From positions 930,001 to 994,000 of the forward strand of contig CAXIUT010000183.1 in the NCBI GenBank assembly GCA_964035545.1: DNA of 64,000 bases. Direction: 5' to 3'. The position numbers and the translations under genes are program-made. The first letter of the stretch is position 1; every line of letters begins with the position of its first letter. This document shows, piece by piece, positions 30,601 to 47,000 of the stretch. The DNA is from Bugula neritina. Lineage: Eukaryota > Animalia > Bryozoa. The notes below the pieces were generated by a model. The model was not told where the DNA came from. It made no database searches and worked only from the letters and a program-made list of their open reading frames with translations.

Positions 30601-33474
30601 ATATACTGCAACGTACTGCAACATACTCCAGCATACTGAAATACACTGTAACATACTGAAATACACTGCAACATACTACCACATATTGAAATACACTGCA
30701 ACACATTGAAATGTACTGCAACATACCGAAATATATGGTAAACTACTAAAATATACTGTAACATATTGAAAAATACTGCAACATACTGAAATATACTGCG
30801 ACACCTAGCAATATACTGTAACATACTGAAATATGCTCTAGCACACTGAAATACAATGCAACACATTGAAATATACTGCAACATACCTAAATATACGGTA
30901 ATATACTGAAATTCACTGTAACGCATTGCAAAATACTGCAACATACTGAAATACACTGCAACATACTACCACATATTGAAATACACTGCAACATATTGAA
31001 ATACACTGCAACACATTGAAAAATACTGCAACATACTGAAATATACTGTAACACACTGAAATATACTGCAACATACTGAAATACACTGTAACATACTGAA
31101 ATATACTGCAACATACTGAAATACACTGCTACATACTGAAATATACTGCAACATACTGCAACATACTGCAATACACTGTAACATACTGAAATACACTGCA
31201 ATATACTACAACATATTGAAATACACTGCAACACATTGAAATACACTGCAACTTACCGAATATATGGTAAACTACTGAAATATACTGTAACGCATTGAAA
31301 AATACTGCAACATACTGAAATATATTGCGACACATTGCAATATACTGTAACATACTGAAAAATGCTGTAGCACACTGAAATATACTGCAATTCACTGAAA
31401 TATACTGCAACATACTGACATACACCGCAACATCCTACAACATACTGAAATACTTTGTAACATATTGAAATACACTGCAACACATTGAAATATACTGCAA
31501 CATAACGAAATATATGGTAACCTACTGAAATATATTTTAACACATTGAAAAATACTGCAACATACTGAAATATATTTTAACACATTGAAAAATACTGCAA
31601 CATACTGAAATATACTGTAACACACCGAAATATACTGCAACATACTGAAATACACTGTAACATACTGAAATATACTGCAACACACTGAAATACACTGCTA
31701 CATACTGCAACATACTGCAACATACTGCAACATACTGAAATACACTGTAACATACTGAAATAAACTGCAACATACTACAACATATTGAAATACACTGCAA
31801 CACATTGAAATATACTGCTACATACCTAAATATACGGTAATATACTGAAATATACTGTAACACATTGAAAAAACTGCAACATACTGAAATACACTGCAAC
31901 GCACTGAAATACACCGCAAAATACTACAACATGCTGAAATACACTGTAACATATTGAAATCCACTGCAACACATTGAAATATACTGCAACATACCGAAAT
32001 ATATAGTAAACTAATGAAATATACTGTAACACACTGAAAAATACCGCAACATACTGAAATATACTGCGACACATTGCAATATACTGTAACATATTGAAAT
32101 ATGCTGTAGGACACTGAAATACACTGCAACATCCTACAACATACTGAAATACACTGTAACATATTGAAATACACTGCAAGAAATTGAAATAGACTGCAAC
32201 ATAACAAAATATATGGTAATCTACTGAAATAGACTTTAACACATTGAAAAATACTGCAACATACAGAAATATACTGTAACACACTGAAATATACTGCAAC
32301 GTACTGCAACATACTGCAGCATACTGAAATACACTGTAACATACTGAAATACACTGCAACATACTACCACATATTGAAATACACTGCAACACATTGAAAT
32401 GTACTGCAACATACCGAAATATATGGTAAACTACTAAAATATACTGTAACACATTGAAAAATACTGCAACATACTGAAATATACTGCGACACCTAGCAAT
32501 ATACTGTAACATACTGAAATATGCTCTAGCACACTGAAATACAATGCAACTTACTGAAATATACTGCAACATACTGAAATACACTGCAACATCCTACAAT
32601 ATGCTGAAATACACAGTAACATATTGAAATACACTGCAACACTTTGAAATATACTGCAACATACCGAAATATATGGTAAACTACTGCAACATACTACAAC
32701 ATACTGAAATACACTGCAACACATTGAAATATACTGCGACATACCTAAATATACGGTAATATACTGAAATATACTGTAACACATTGAAAAATACTGCAAC
32801 ATACTGAAATATACTGTAACACACCGAAATATACTGCAACATACTGAAATACACTGTAACATACTGAAATACACTGCTACATACTGAAATATACTGCAAC
32901 ATACTGCAACATACTGAAATACACAGTAACATACTGAAATAAACTGCAACATACTACAACATATTGAAATACACTGCAACACATTGAAATATACTGCAAC
33001 ATACCTAAATATACGGTAATATACTGAAATTCACTGTAACGCATTGCAAAATACTGCAACATACTGAAATTCACTGCGACACACTGAAATACGCTGCAAA
33101 ATACTACAACATACTGAAATAAACTGTAACATGTTGAAATACACTGCAACACATTGAAAAATACTGCAACATACTGAAATATACTGTAACACACTGAAAT
33201 ATACTGCAACATACTGAAATACACTGTAACATACTGAAATATACTGCAACATACTGAAATACACTGCTACATACTGACATATACTGCAACATACTGCAAC
33301 ATACTGCAATACACTGTAAAATACTGAAATACACTGCAACATACTACTACAACATATTGAAATACACTGCAACACATTGAAATACACTGCAACATACTGC
33401 AACATACTGCAATACACTGTAACATACTGAAATACACTGCAACATACTACAACATATTGAAATACACTGCAACA
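21680..33474. repeat. 11,814-bp higher-order repeat, copy 1 (essentially complete)
   Basis: Offset of 22361 (=10547+11814) to copy 3 (21680/44041, 22219/44580) and 10547 to copy 2 (23051/33598, 30333/40880, 33031/43578). Unit start is arbitrarily placed at the ttaccgaat word. Confidence 0.9.
24418..29443. repeat. Tandem duplication, period 2506-2507 bp (~24418-26937 and ~26925-29443); inherited by all later HOR copies
   Basis: ORF offsets of 2506 (24767/27273, 25203/27709, 26442/28948; also 35750/38256, 47564/50070, 60098/62604). Markers caacctgctg, aaataccctg and gaaagttactg occur in both halves. Confidence 0.9.
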
Positions 33475-36400
33475 TATTGAAATACACTGCAACACTTTGA
33501 AATATACTGCAACATACCGAAATATATGGTAAACTACTGCAACACACTACAACATATTGAAATACACTGCAACACATTGAAATACACTGCAACATACCTA
33601 AATATACGGTAATATACTGAAATATACTGTAACACACCGAAATATACTGCAACATACTGAAGTACACTGCAACTCACTGAAATATACTGCAATATACTGA
33701 AATACACTGCAACATCCTACAAAACGCTGAAATACACTGTAACATATTGAAATACACTGCAACACATTGAAATATACTGCAACATACCGAATATATGGTA
33801 AACCACTGAAATATACTGTAACACATTGAAAAAAACTGACATACTGAAATATACTGCGACACCTAGCAATATACTGTAACATACTGAAATATGCTCTAGC
33901 ACACTGAAATACAATGCAACTCACTGAAATATACTGCAACATACTGAAATACACTGTAACATATTGAAATACACTGCAACACATTGAAATATACTGCAAC
34001 ATAACGAAATATATGGTAAACCACTGAAATATATTTTAACACATCGAAAAATACTAAACATACTGAAATATATTTTAACACATTGAAAAATACTGCAACA
34101 TACTGAAATATACTGTAACACACTGAAGTACACTGCAACTCACTGAAATATACTGCAATATACTGAAATACACTGCAACATCCTACAAAATGCTGAAATA
34201 CACTGTAACATATTGAAATACACTGCAACACATTGAAATATACTGCAACATACCGAAATATATCGTAAACTACTGAAATATACTGTAACACATTGAAAAA
34301 AAGTGCAACATACTGAAATATACTGCGACACCTAGCAATATACTGTAACATACTGAAATATGCTCTAGCACACTGAAATACAATGCAACTCACTGAAATA
34401 TACTGCAACATACTGAAATACACTGCAACATCCTACAACATGCTGAAATACACTGTAACATATTGAAATACACTGCAACACTTTGAAATATACTGCAACA
34501 TACCGAAATATATGGTAAACTACTGCAACACACTACAACATATTGAAATACACTGCAACACATTGAAATATACTGCAACATACCTAAATATACGGTAATA
34601 TACTGAAATATACTGTAACACACCGAAATATACTGCAACATACTGAAATACACTGTAACATACTGAAATATACTGCAACATACTGAAATACACTGCTACA
34701 TACTGAAATATACTGCAACATACTGAAATATACTGTAACACACTGAAGTACACTGCAACTCACTGAAATATACTGCAATATACTGAAATACACTGCAACA
34801 TCCTACAAAATGCTGAAATACACTGTAACATATTGAAATACACTGCAACACATTGAAATATACTGCAACATACCGAAATATATGGTAAACTACTGAAATA
34901 TACTGTAACACATTGAAAAAAACTGACATACTGAAATATACTGCGACACCTAGCAATATACTGTAACATACTGAAATATGCTCTAGCACACTGAAATACA
35001 ATGCAACTCACTGAAATATACTACAACATACTGAAATACACTGCAACATCCTACAACATGCTGAAATACACTGTAACATATTGAAATACACTGCAACACT
35101 TTGAAATATACTGCAACATACCGAAATATATGGTAAACTACTGCAACACACTACAACATATTGAAATACACTGCAACACATTGAAATATACTGCAACATG
35201 CCTAAATATACGGTAATATAATGAAATATACTGTAACACACCGAAATATACTGCAACATACTGAAATACACTGTAACATACTGAAATATACTGCAACATA
35301 CTGAAATACACTGCTACATACTGAAATATACTGCAACATACTGCAACATACTGAAATACACTGTAACATAATGAAATAAACTGCAACATACTACATCATA
35401 TTGAAATACACTGCAACACATTGAAATATACTGCAACATACCTAAATATACGGTAATATACTGAAATATACTGTAACACATTGACAAAACTGCAACATAC
35501 TGAAATACACTGCAACACACTGAAATACAACGCAAAATACTACAACATACTGAAATACACTGTAACATATTGAAATCCAGTGCAACACATTGAAATATAC
35601 TGCAACATACCGAAATATATGGTAAACTAATGAAATATACTGTAACACATTGAAAAATACCGCAACATACTGAAATATACTGCGACACATTGAAATGTAC
35701 TGTAACATACTGAAATATGCTGTAGCACACTGAAATACACTGCAACATCCTACAACAAACTGAAATACACTGAAACATATTGAAATACACTGCAAGAAAT
35801 TGAAATACACTGCAACACAACAAAATATGGTAAACTACTGAAATAGACTTTAACACATTGAAAAATACTGCAACATACAGAAATATACTGTAACACACTG
35901 AAATATACTGCAACATACTGAAATACACTATAACATACTGAAATATACTGCAACATACTGAAATACCCTGCTACATACTGAAATATACTGCAACATACTG
36001 CAACCTGCTGCAACATACTGAAATACGCTGTAACATACTGAAATACACTGCAACATACTACAACATATTGAAATACACTGCAACACATTGAAATGTACTG
36101 CAACATACCGAAATATACGGTAATATACTGAAATATACTGTAACACATTGAAAAATACTGCAACATACTAAAATACACTGCAACACACTGAAACACACCG
36201 CAAAAAACTACAACATACTGAAATACACTGTAACATATTAAAACATACTGCAACATACTGCAACATACTGAAATACACTGTAACATATTGAAATACACTG
36301 CGACACATTGAAATATACTGCAACATACCGAAATATATGGTAAACTAATGAAATATACTGTAACACATTGAAAAATACTGCAACATACTGAAATATACTG

Positions 36401-39400
36401 CGACACATTGCAATATATTGTAACATACTGAAATATGCTGTAGCACACTGAAATACACTGCAACATCCTACAACATACTGGAATACACTGTAACATATTG
36501 AAATACACTGCAAAACATTGAAAGTTACTGCAACATAACAAAATATATGGTAAACTACTGAAATAGACTTTAACACATTGAAAAATACTGCAACATACTG
36601 AAATATACTGTAACACACTGAAGTATACTGCAACATACTGAAATACACTGTAACATACTGAAATATACTGCAACATACTGAAATACACTGCTACATACTG
36701 AAATATACTGCAACGTACTGCAACATACTCCAGCATACTGAAATACACTGTAACATACTGAAATACACTGCAACATACTACCACATATTGAAATACACTG
36801 CAACACATTGAAATGTACTGCAACATACCGAAATATATGGTAAACTACTAAAATATACTGTAACATATTGAAAATAAATGCAACATACTGAAATATACTG
36901 CGACACCTAGCAATATACTGTAACATACTGAAATATGCTCTAGCACACTGAAATACAATGGAACTTACTGAAATATACTGCAACATACTTAAATACACTG
37001 CAACATCCTACAATATGCTGAAATACACTGTAACATATTGAAATACACTGCAACACTTTGAAATATACTGCAACATACCGAAATATATCGTAAACTACTG
37101 CAACATACTACAACATATTGAAATACACTGCAACACATTGAAGTATACTGCAACATACCTAAATATACGGTAATATACTGAAATATACTGTAACACATTG
37201 AAAAATACTGCAACATACTGAAATATACTGTAACACACCGAAATATACTGCAACATACTGAAATACACTGTAACATACTGAAATACACTGTAACATACTG
37301 AAATACACTGCTACATACTGAAATATGCTGCAACATACTGCAACATACTGAAATAAACTGCAACATACTACAACATATTGAAATACACTGCAACACATTG
37401 AAATATACTGCAACATACCTAAATATACGGTAATATACTGAAATTCACTGTAACGCATTGCAAAATACTGCAACATACTGAAATATGCTCTAGCACACTG
37501 AAATACAATGCAACTCACTGAAATATACTGCAACATACTGAAATACACTGCAACATCCTACAACATGCTGAAATACACTGTAACATATTGAAATACACTG
37601 CAACACTTTGAAATATACTGCAACATACCGAAATATATGGTAAACTACTGCAACACACTACAACATATTGAAATACACTGCAACACATTGAAATATACTG
37701 CAACATGCCTAAATATACGGTAATATAATGAAATATACTGTAACACACCGAAATATACTGCAACATACTGAAATATACTGTAACACATTGAAAAAACTGC
37801 AACATACTGAAATACACTGCTACATACTGAAATATACTGCAACATACTGCAACATACTGAAATACACTGTAACATAATGAAATAAACTGCAACATACTAC
37901 ATCATATTGAAATACACTGCAACACATTGAAATATACTGCAACATACCTAAATATACGGTAATATACTGAAATATACTGTAACACATTGAAAAAACTGCA
38001 ACATACTGAAATACACTGCAACACACTGAAATACACCGCAAAATACTACAACATACTGAAATACACTGTAACATATTGAAATCCAGTGCAACACATTGAA
38101 ATATACTGCAACATACCGAAATATATGGTAAACTAATGAAATATACTGTAACACATTGAAAAATACCGCAACATACTGAAATATACTGCGACACATTGCA
38201 ATATACTGTAACATACTGAAATATGCTGTAGCACACTGAAATACACTGCAACATCCTACAACAAACTGAAATACACTGAAACATATTGAAATACACTGCA
38301 AGAAATTGAAATACACTGCAACACAACAAAATATGGTAAACTACTGAAATAGACTTTACCACATTGAAAAATACTGCAACATACAGAAATATACTGTAAC
38401 ACACTGAAATATACTGCAACATACTGAAATACACTATAACATACTGAAATATACTGCAACATACTGAAATACCCTGCTACATACTGAAATATACTGCAAC
38501 ATACTGCAACCTGCTGCAACATACTGAAATACGCTGTAACATACTGAAATACACTGCAACATACTACAACATATTGAAATACACTGCAACACATTGAAAT
38601 GTACTGCAACATACCGAAATATACGGTAATATACTGAAATATACTGTAACACATTGAAAAATACTGCAACATACTAAAATACACTGCAACACACTGAAAC
38701 ACACCGCAAAAAACTACAACATACTGAAATACACTGTAACATATTAAAACATACTGCAACATACTGCAACATACTGAAATACACTGTAACATATTGAAAT
38801 ACACTGCGACACATTGAAATATACTGCAACATACCGAAATATATGGTAAACTAATGAAATATACTGTAACACATTGAAAAATACCGCAACATACTGAAAT
38901 ATACTGCGACACATTGCAATATACTGTAACATACTGAAATATGCTGTAGCACACTGAAATACACTGCAACATCCTACAACATACTGGAATACACTGTAAC
39001 ATATTGAAATACACTGCAAAACATTGAAAGTTACTGCAACATAACAAAATATATGGTAAACTACTGAAATAGACTTTAACACATTGAAAAATACTGCAAC
39101 ATACTGAAATATACTGTAACACACTGAAGTATACTGCAACATACTGAAATACACTGTAACATACTGAAATATACTGCAACATACTGAAATACACTGCTAC
39201 ATACTGAAATATACTGCAACGTACTGCAACATACTCCAGCATACTGAAATACACTGTAACATACTGAAATACACTGCAACATACTACCACATATTGAAAT
39301 ACACTGCAACACATTGAAATGTACTGCAACATACCGAAATATATGGTAAACTACTAAAATATACTGTAACATATTGAAAAATACTGCAACATACTGAAAT

Positions 39401-42400
39401 ATACTGCGACACCTAGCAATATACTGTAACATACTGAAATATGCTCTAGCACACTGAAATACAATGCAACTTACTGAAATATACTGCAACATACTTAAAT
39501 ACACTGCAACATCCTACAATATGCTGAAATACACTGTAACATATTGAAATACACTGCAACACTTTGAAATATACTGCAACATATCGAAATATATGGTAAA
39601 CTACTGCAACATACTACAACATATTGAAATACACTGCAACACATTGAAGTATACTGCAACATACCTAAATATACGGTAATATACTGAAATATACTGTAAC
39701 ACATTGAAAAATACTGCAACATACTGAAATATACTGTAACACACCGAAATATACTGCAACATACTGAAATACACTGTAACATACTGAAATATACTGTAAC
39801 ATACTGAAATACACTGCTACATACTGAAATATGCTGCAACATACTGCAACATACTGAAATAAACTGCAACATACTACAACATATTGAAATACACTGCAAC
39901 ACATTGAAATATACTGCAACATACCTAAATATACGGTAATATACTGAAATTCACTGTAACGCATTGCAAAATACTGCAACATACTGAAATTCACTGCGAC
40001 ACACTGAAATACGCTGCAAAATACTACAACATATTGAAATAAACTGTAACATATTGAAATACACTGCAACACATTGAAAAATACTGCAACATACTGAAAT
40101 TTACTGTAACACACTGAAATATACTGCAACATACTGAAATACACTGTAACATACTGAAATATACCGCAACATACTGAAATACACTGCTACATACTGAAAT
40201 ATACTGCAACATACTGCAACATACTGCAATACACTGTAACATACTGAAATACACTGCAACATACTACAACATATTGAAATACACTGCAACACATTGAAAT
40301 ACACTGCAACTTACCGAATATATGGTAAACTACTGAAATATACTGTAACGCATTGAAAAATACTGCAACATACTGAAATATATTGCGACACATTGCAATA
40401 TACTGTAACATACTGAAAAATGCTGTAGCACACTGAAATATACTGCAATTCACTGAAATATACTGCAACATACTGAAATACACCGCAACATCCTACAACA
40501 TACTGAAATACTTTGTAACATATTGAAATACACTGCAACACATTGAAATATACTGCAACATAACGAAATATATGGTAAACTAATGAAATATATTTTAACA
40601 CATTGAAAAATACTGCAACATACTGAAATATATTTTAACACATTGAAAAATACTGCAACATACTGAAATACACTGCAACACATTGAAATATACTGCAACA
40701 TACCGAAATATATGGTAAACTACTGAAATATACTGTAACACATTGAAAAATACTGCAACATACTGAAATACACTGTAACATACTGAAATAAACTGCAACA
40801 TACTACAACATATTGAAATACACTGCAACAAATTGAAATATACTGCAACATACCTAAATATACGGTAATATACTGAAATTCACTGTAACGCATTGCAAAA
40901 TACTACAACATACTGAAATTCACTGCGACACACTGAAATACGCTGCAAAATACTACAACATACTGAAATAAACTGTAACATATTGAAATACACTGCAACA
41001 CATTGAAATACACTGCAACATAACAAAATATATGGTAAACTACTGAAATAGACTTTAACACATTGAAAAATACTGCAACATACTGAAATACACTGTAACA
41101 TACTGAAATATACTGCAACATACTGAAATACACTGCTACATACTGAAATATACTGCAACGTACTGCAACATACTCCAGCATACTGAAATACACTGTAACA
41201 TACTGAAATACACTGCAACATACTACCACATATTGAAATACACTGCAACACATTGAAATGTACTGCAACATACCGAAATATATGGTAAACTACTAAAATA
41301 TACTGTAACATATTGAAAAATACTGCAACATACTGAAATATACTGCGACACCTAGCAATATACTGTAACATACTGAAATATGCTCTAGCACACTGAAATA
41401 CAATGCAACACATTGAAATATACTGCAACATACCTAAATATACGGTAATATACTGAAATTCACTGTAACGCATTGCAAAATACTGCAACATACTGAAATA
41501 CACTGCAACATACTACCACATATTGAAATACACTGCAACATATTGAAATACACTGCAACACATTGAAAAATACTGCAACATACTGAAATATACTGTAACA
41601 CACTGAAATATACTGCAACATACTGAAATACACTGTAACATACTGAAATATACTGCAACATACTGAAATACACTGCTACATACTGAAATATACTGCAACA
41701 TACTGCAACATACTGCAATACACTGTAACATACTGAAATACACTGCAATATACTACAACATATTGAAATACACTGCAACACATTGAAATACACTGCAACT
41801 TACCGAATATATGGTAAACTACTGAAATATACTGTAACGCATTGAAAAATACTGCAACATACTGAAATATATTGCGACACATTGCAATATACTGTAACAT
41901 ACTGAAAAATGCTGTAGCACACTGAAATATACTGCAATTCACTGAAATATACTGCAACATACTGACATACACCGCAACATCCTACAACATACTGAAATAC
42001 TTTGTAACATATTGAAATACACTGCAACACATTGAAATATACTGCAACATAACGAAATATATGGTAACCTACTGAAATATATTTTAACACATTGAAAAAT
42101 ACTGCAACATACTGAAATATATTTTAACACATTGAAAAATACTGCAACATACTGAAATATACTGTAACACACCGAAATATACTGCAACATACTGAAATAC
42201 ACTGTAACATACTGAAATATACTGCAACACACTGAAATACACTGCTACATACTGCAACATACTGCAACATACTGCAACATACTGAAATACACTGTAACAT
42301 ACTGAAATAAACTGCAACATACTACAACATATTGAAATACACTGCAACACATTGAAATATACTGCTACATACCTAAATATACGGTAATATACTGAAATAT

Positions 42401-44040
42401 ACTGTAACACATTGAAAAAACTGCAACATACTGAAATACACTGCAACGCACTGAAATACACCGCAAAATACTACAACATGCTGAAATACACTGTAACATA
42501 TTGAAATCCACTGCAACACATTGAAATATACTGCAACATACCGAAATATATAGTAAACTAATGAAATATACTGTAACACACTGAAAAATACCGCAACATA
42601 CTGAAATATACTGCGACACATTGCAATATACTGTAACATATTGAAATATGCTGTAGGACACTGAAATACACTGCAACATCCTACAACATACTGAAATACA
42701 CTGTAACATATTGAAATACACTGCAAGAAATTGAAATAGACTGCAACATAACAAAATATATGGTAATCTACTGAAATAGACTTTAACACATTGAAAAATA
42801 CTGCAACATACAGAAATATACTGTAACACACTGAAATATACTGCAACGTACTGCAACATACTGCAGCATACTGAAATACACTGTAACATACTGAAATACA
42901 CTGCAACATACTACCACATATTGAAATACACTGCAACACATTGAAATGTACTGCAACATACCGAAATATATGGTAAACTACTAAAATATACTGTAACACA
43001 TTGAAAAATACTGCAACATACTGAAATATACTGCGACACCTAGCAATATACTGTAACATACTGAAATATGCTCTAGCACACTGAAATACAATGCAACTTA
43101 CTGAAATATACTGCAACATACTGAAATACACTGCAACATCCTACAATATGCTGAAATACACAGTAACATATTGAAATACACTGCAACACTTTGAAATATA
43201 CTGCAACATACCGAAATATATGGTAAACTACTGCAACATACTACAACATACTGAAATACACTGCAACACATTGAAATATACTGCGACATACCTAAATATA
43301 CGGTAATATACTGAAATATACTGTAACACATTGAAAAATACTGCAACATACTGAAATATACTGTAACACACCGAAATATACTGCAACATACTGAAATACA
43401 CTGTAACATACTGAAATACACTGCTACATACTGAAATATACTGCAACATACTGCAACATACTGAAATACACAGTAACATACTGAAATAAACTGCAACATA
43501 CTACAACATATTGAAATACACTGCAACACATTGAAATATACTGCAACATACCTAAATATACGGTAATATACTGAAATTCACTGTAACGCATTGCAAAATA
43601 CTGCAACATACTGAAATTCACTGCGACACACTGAAATACGCTGCAAAATACTACAACATACTGAAATAAACTGTAACATGTTGAAATACACTGCAACACA
43701 TTGAAAAATACTGCAACATACTGAAATATACTGTAACACACTGAAATATACTGCAACATACTGAAATACACTGTAACATACTGAAATATACTGCAACATA
43801 CTGAAATACACTGCTACATACTGACATATACTGCAACATACTGCAACATACTGCAATACACTGTAAAATACTGAAATACACTGCAACATACTACTACAAC
43901 ATATTGAAATACACTGCAACACATTGAAATACACTGCAACATACTGCAACATACTGCAATACACTGTAACATACTGAAATACACTGCAACATACTACAAC
44001 ATATTGAAATACACTGCAACACATTGAAATACACTGCAAC
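33475..44040. repeat. 11,814-bp HOR, copy 2 (lacks ~1267 bp at the copy 1/copy 2 junction)
   Basis: Matches 22924 onward at offset 10547 and 45289 onward at offset 11814. The segment equivalent to 44022-45288 is absent at ~33475. Confidence 0.9.
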
Positions 44041-47000
44041 TTACCGAATATATGGTAAACTACTGAAATATACTGTAACGCATTGAAAAATACTGCAACA
44101 TACTGAAATATATTGCGACACATTGCAATATACTGTAACATACTGAAAAATGCTGTAACACACTGAAATATACTGCAATTCACTGAAATATACTGCAACA
44201 TACTGAAATACACCGCAACATCCTACAACATACTGAAATACTTTGTAACATATTGAAATACACTGCAACACATTGAAATATACTGCAACATAACGAAATA
44301 TATGGTAAACTAATGAAATATATTTTAACACATTGAAAAATACTGCAACATACTGAAATATATTTTAACACATTGAAAAATACTGCAACATACTGAAATA
44401 CACTGCAACACATTGAAATATACTGCAACATACCGAAATATATGGTAAACTACTGAAATATACTGTAACACATTGAAAAATACTGCAACATACTGAAATA
44501 CACTGTAACATACTGAAATAAACTGCAACATACTACAACATATTGAAATACACTGCAACACATTGAAATACACTGCAACTTACCGAATATATGGTAAACT
44601 ACTGAAATATACTGTAACGCATTGAAAAATACTGCAACATACTGAAATATATTGCGACACATTGCAATAAACTGTAACATCCTGAAAAATGCTGTAGCAC
44701 ACTGAAATACACTGCCATTCACTGAAATACACTGCAACATACTGAAATACACCGCAACATCCTACAACATACTGAAATACACTGTAACATATTGAAATAC
44801 ACTGCAACACATTGAAATATACTGCAACATAACGAAATATATGGTAAACTACTGAAATATATTTTAACACATCGAAAAATACTAAACATACTGAAATATA
44901 TTTTAACACATTGAAAAATACTGCAACATACTGAAATATACTGTAACACACTGAAGTACACTGCAACTCACTGAAATATACTGCAATATACTGAAATACA
45001 CTGCAACATCCTACAAAATGCTGAAATACACTGTAACATATTGAAATACACTGCAACACATTGAAATATACTGCAACATACCGAAATATATCGTAAACTA
45101 ATGAAATATACTGTAACACATTGAAAAAAACTGCAACATACTGAAATATACTGCGACACCTAGCAATATACTGTAACATACAGAAATATGCTCTAGCACA
45201 CTGAAATACAATGCAACTCACTGAAATATACTGCAACATACTGAAATACACTGCAACATCCTACAACATGCTGAAATACACTGTAACATATTGAAATACA
45301 CTGCAACACTTTGAAATATACTGCAACATACCGAAATATATGGTAAACTACTGCAACACACTACAACATATTGAAATACACTGCAACACATTGAAATACA
45401 CTGCAACATACCTAAATATACGGTAATATACTGAAATATACTGTAACACACCGAAATATACTGCAACATACTGAAGTACACTGCAACTCACTGAAATATA
45501 CTGCAATATACTGAAATACACTGCAACATCCTACAAAACGCTGAAATACACTGTAACATATTGAAATACACTGCAACACATTGAAATATACTGCAACATA
45601 ACGAATATATGGTAAACCACTGAAACATACTGTAACACATTGAAAAAAACTGACATACTGAAATATACTGCGACACCTAGCAATATACTGTAACATACTG
45701 AAATATGCTCTAGCACACTGAAATACAATGCAACTCACTGAAATATACTGCAACATACTGAAATACACTGTAACATATTGAAATACACTGCAACACATTG
45801 AAATATACTGCAACATAACGAAATATATGGTAAACCACTGAAATATATTTTAACACATCGAAAAATACTAAACATACTGAAATATATTTTAACACATTGA
45901 AAAATACTGCAACATACTGAAATATACTGTAACACACTGAAGTACACTGCAACTCACTGAAATATACTGCAATATACTGAAATACACTGCAACATCCTAC
46001 AAAATGCTGAAATACACTGTAACATATTGAAATACACTGCAACACATTGAAATATACTGCAACATACCGAAATATATCGTAAACTACTGAAATATACTGT
46101 AACACATTGAAAAAAAGTGCAACATACTGAAATATACTGCGACACCTAGCAATATACTGTAACATACTGAAATATGCTCTAGCACACTGAAATACAATGC
46201 AACTCACTGAAATATACTGCAACATACTGAAATACACTGCAACATCCTACAACATGCTGAAATACACTGTAACATATTGAAATACACTGCAACACTTTGA
46301 AATATACTGCAACATACCGAAATATATGGTAAACTACTGCAACACACTACAACATATTGAAATACACTGCAACACATTGAAATATACTGCAACATACCTA
46401 AATATACGGTAATATACTGAAATATACTGTAACACACCGAAATATACTGCAACATACTGAAATACACTGTAACATACTGAAATATACTGCAACATACTGA
46501 AATACACTGCTACATACTGAAATATACTGCAACATACTGAAATATACTGTAACACACTGAAGTACACTGCAACTCACTGAAATATACTGCAATATACTGA
46601 AATACACTGCAACATCCTACAAAATGCTGAAATACACTGTAACATATTGAAATACACTGCAACACATTGAAATATACTGCAACATACCGAAATATATGGT
46701 AAACTACTGAAATATACTGTAACACATTGAAAAAAACTGACATACTGAAATATACTGCGACACCTAGCAATATACTGTAACATACTGAAATATGCTCTAG
46801 CACACTGAAATACAATGCAACTCACTGAAATATACTACAACATACTGAAATACACTGCAACATCCTACAACATGCTGAAATACACTGTAACATATTGAAA
46901 TACACTGCAACACTTTGAAATATACTGCAACATACCGAAATATATGGTAAACTACTGCAACACACTACAACATATTGAAATACACTGCAACACATTGAAA

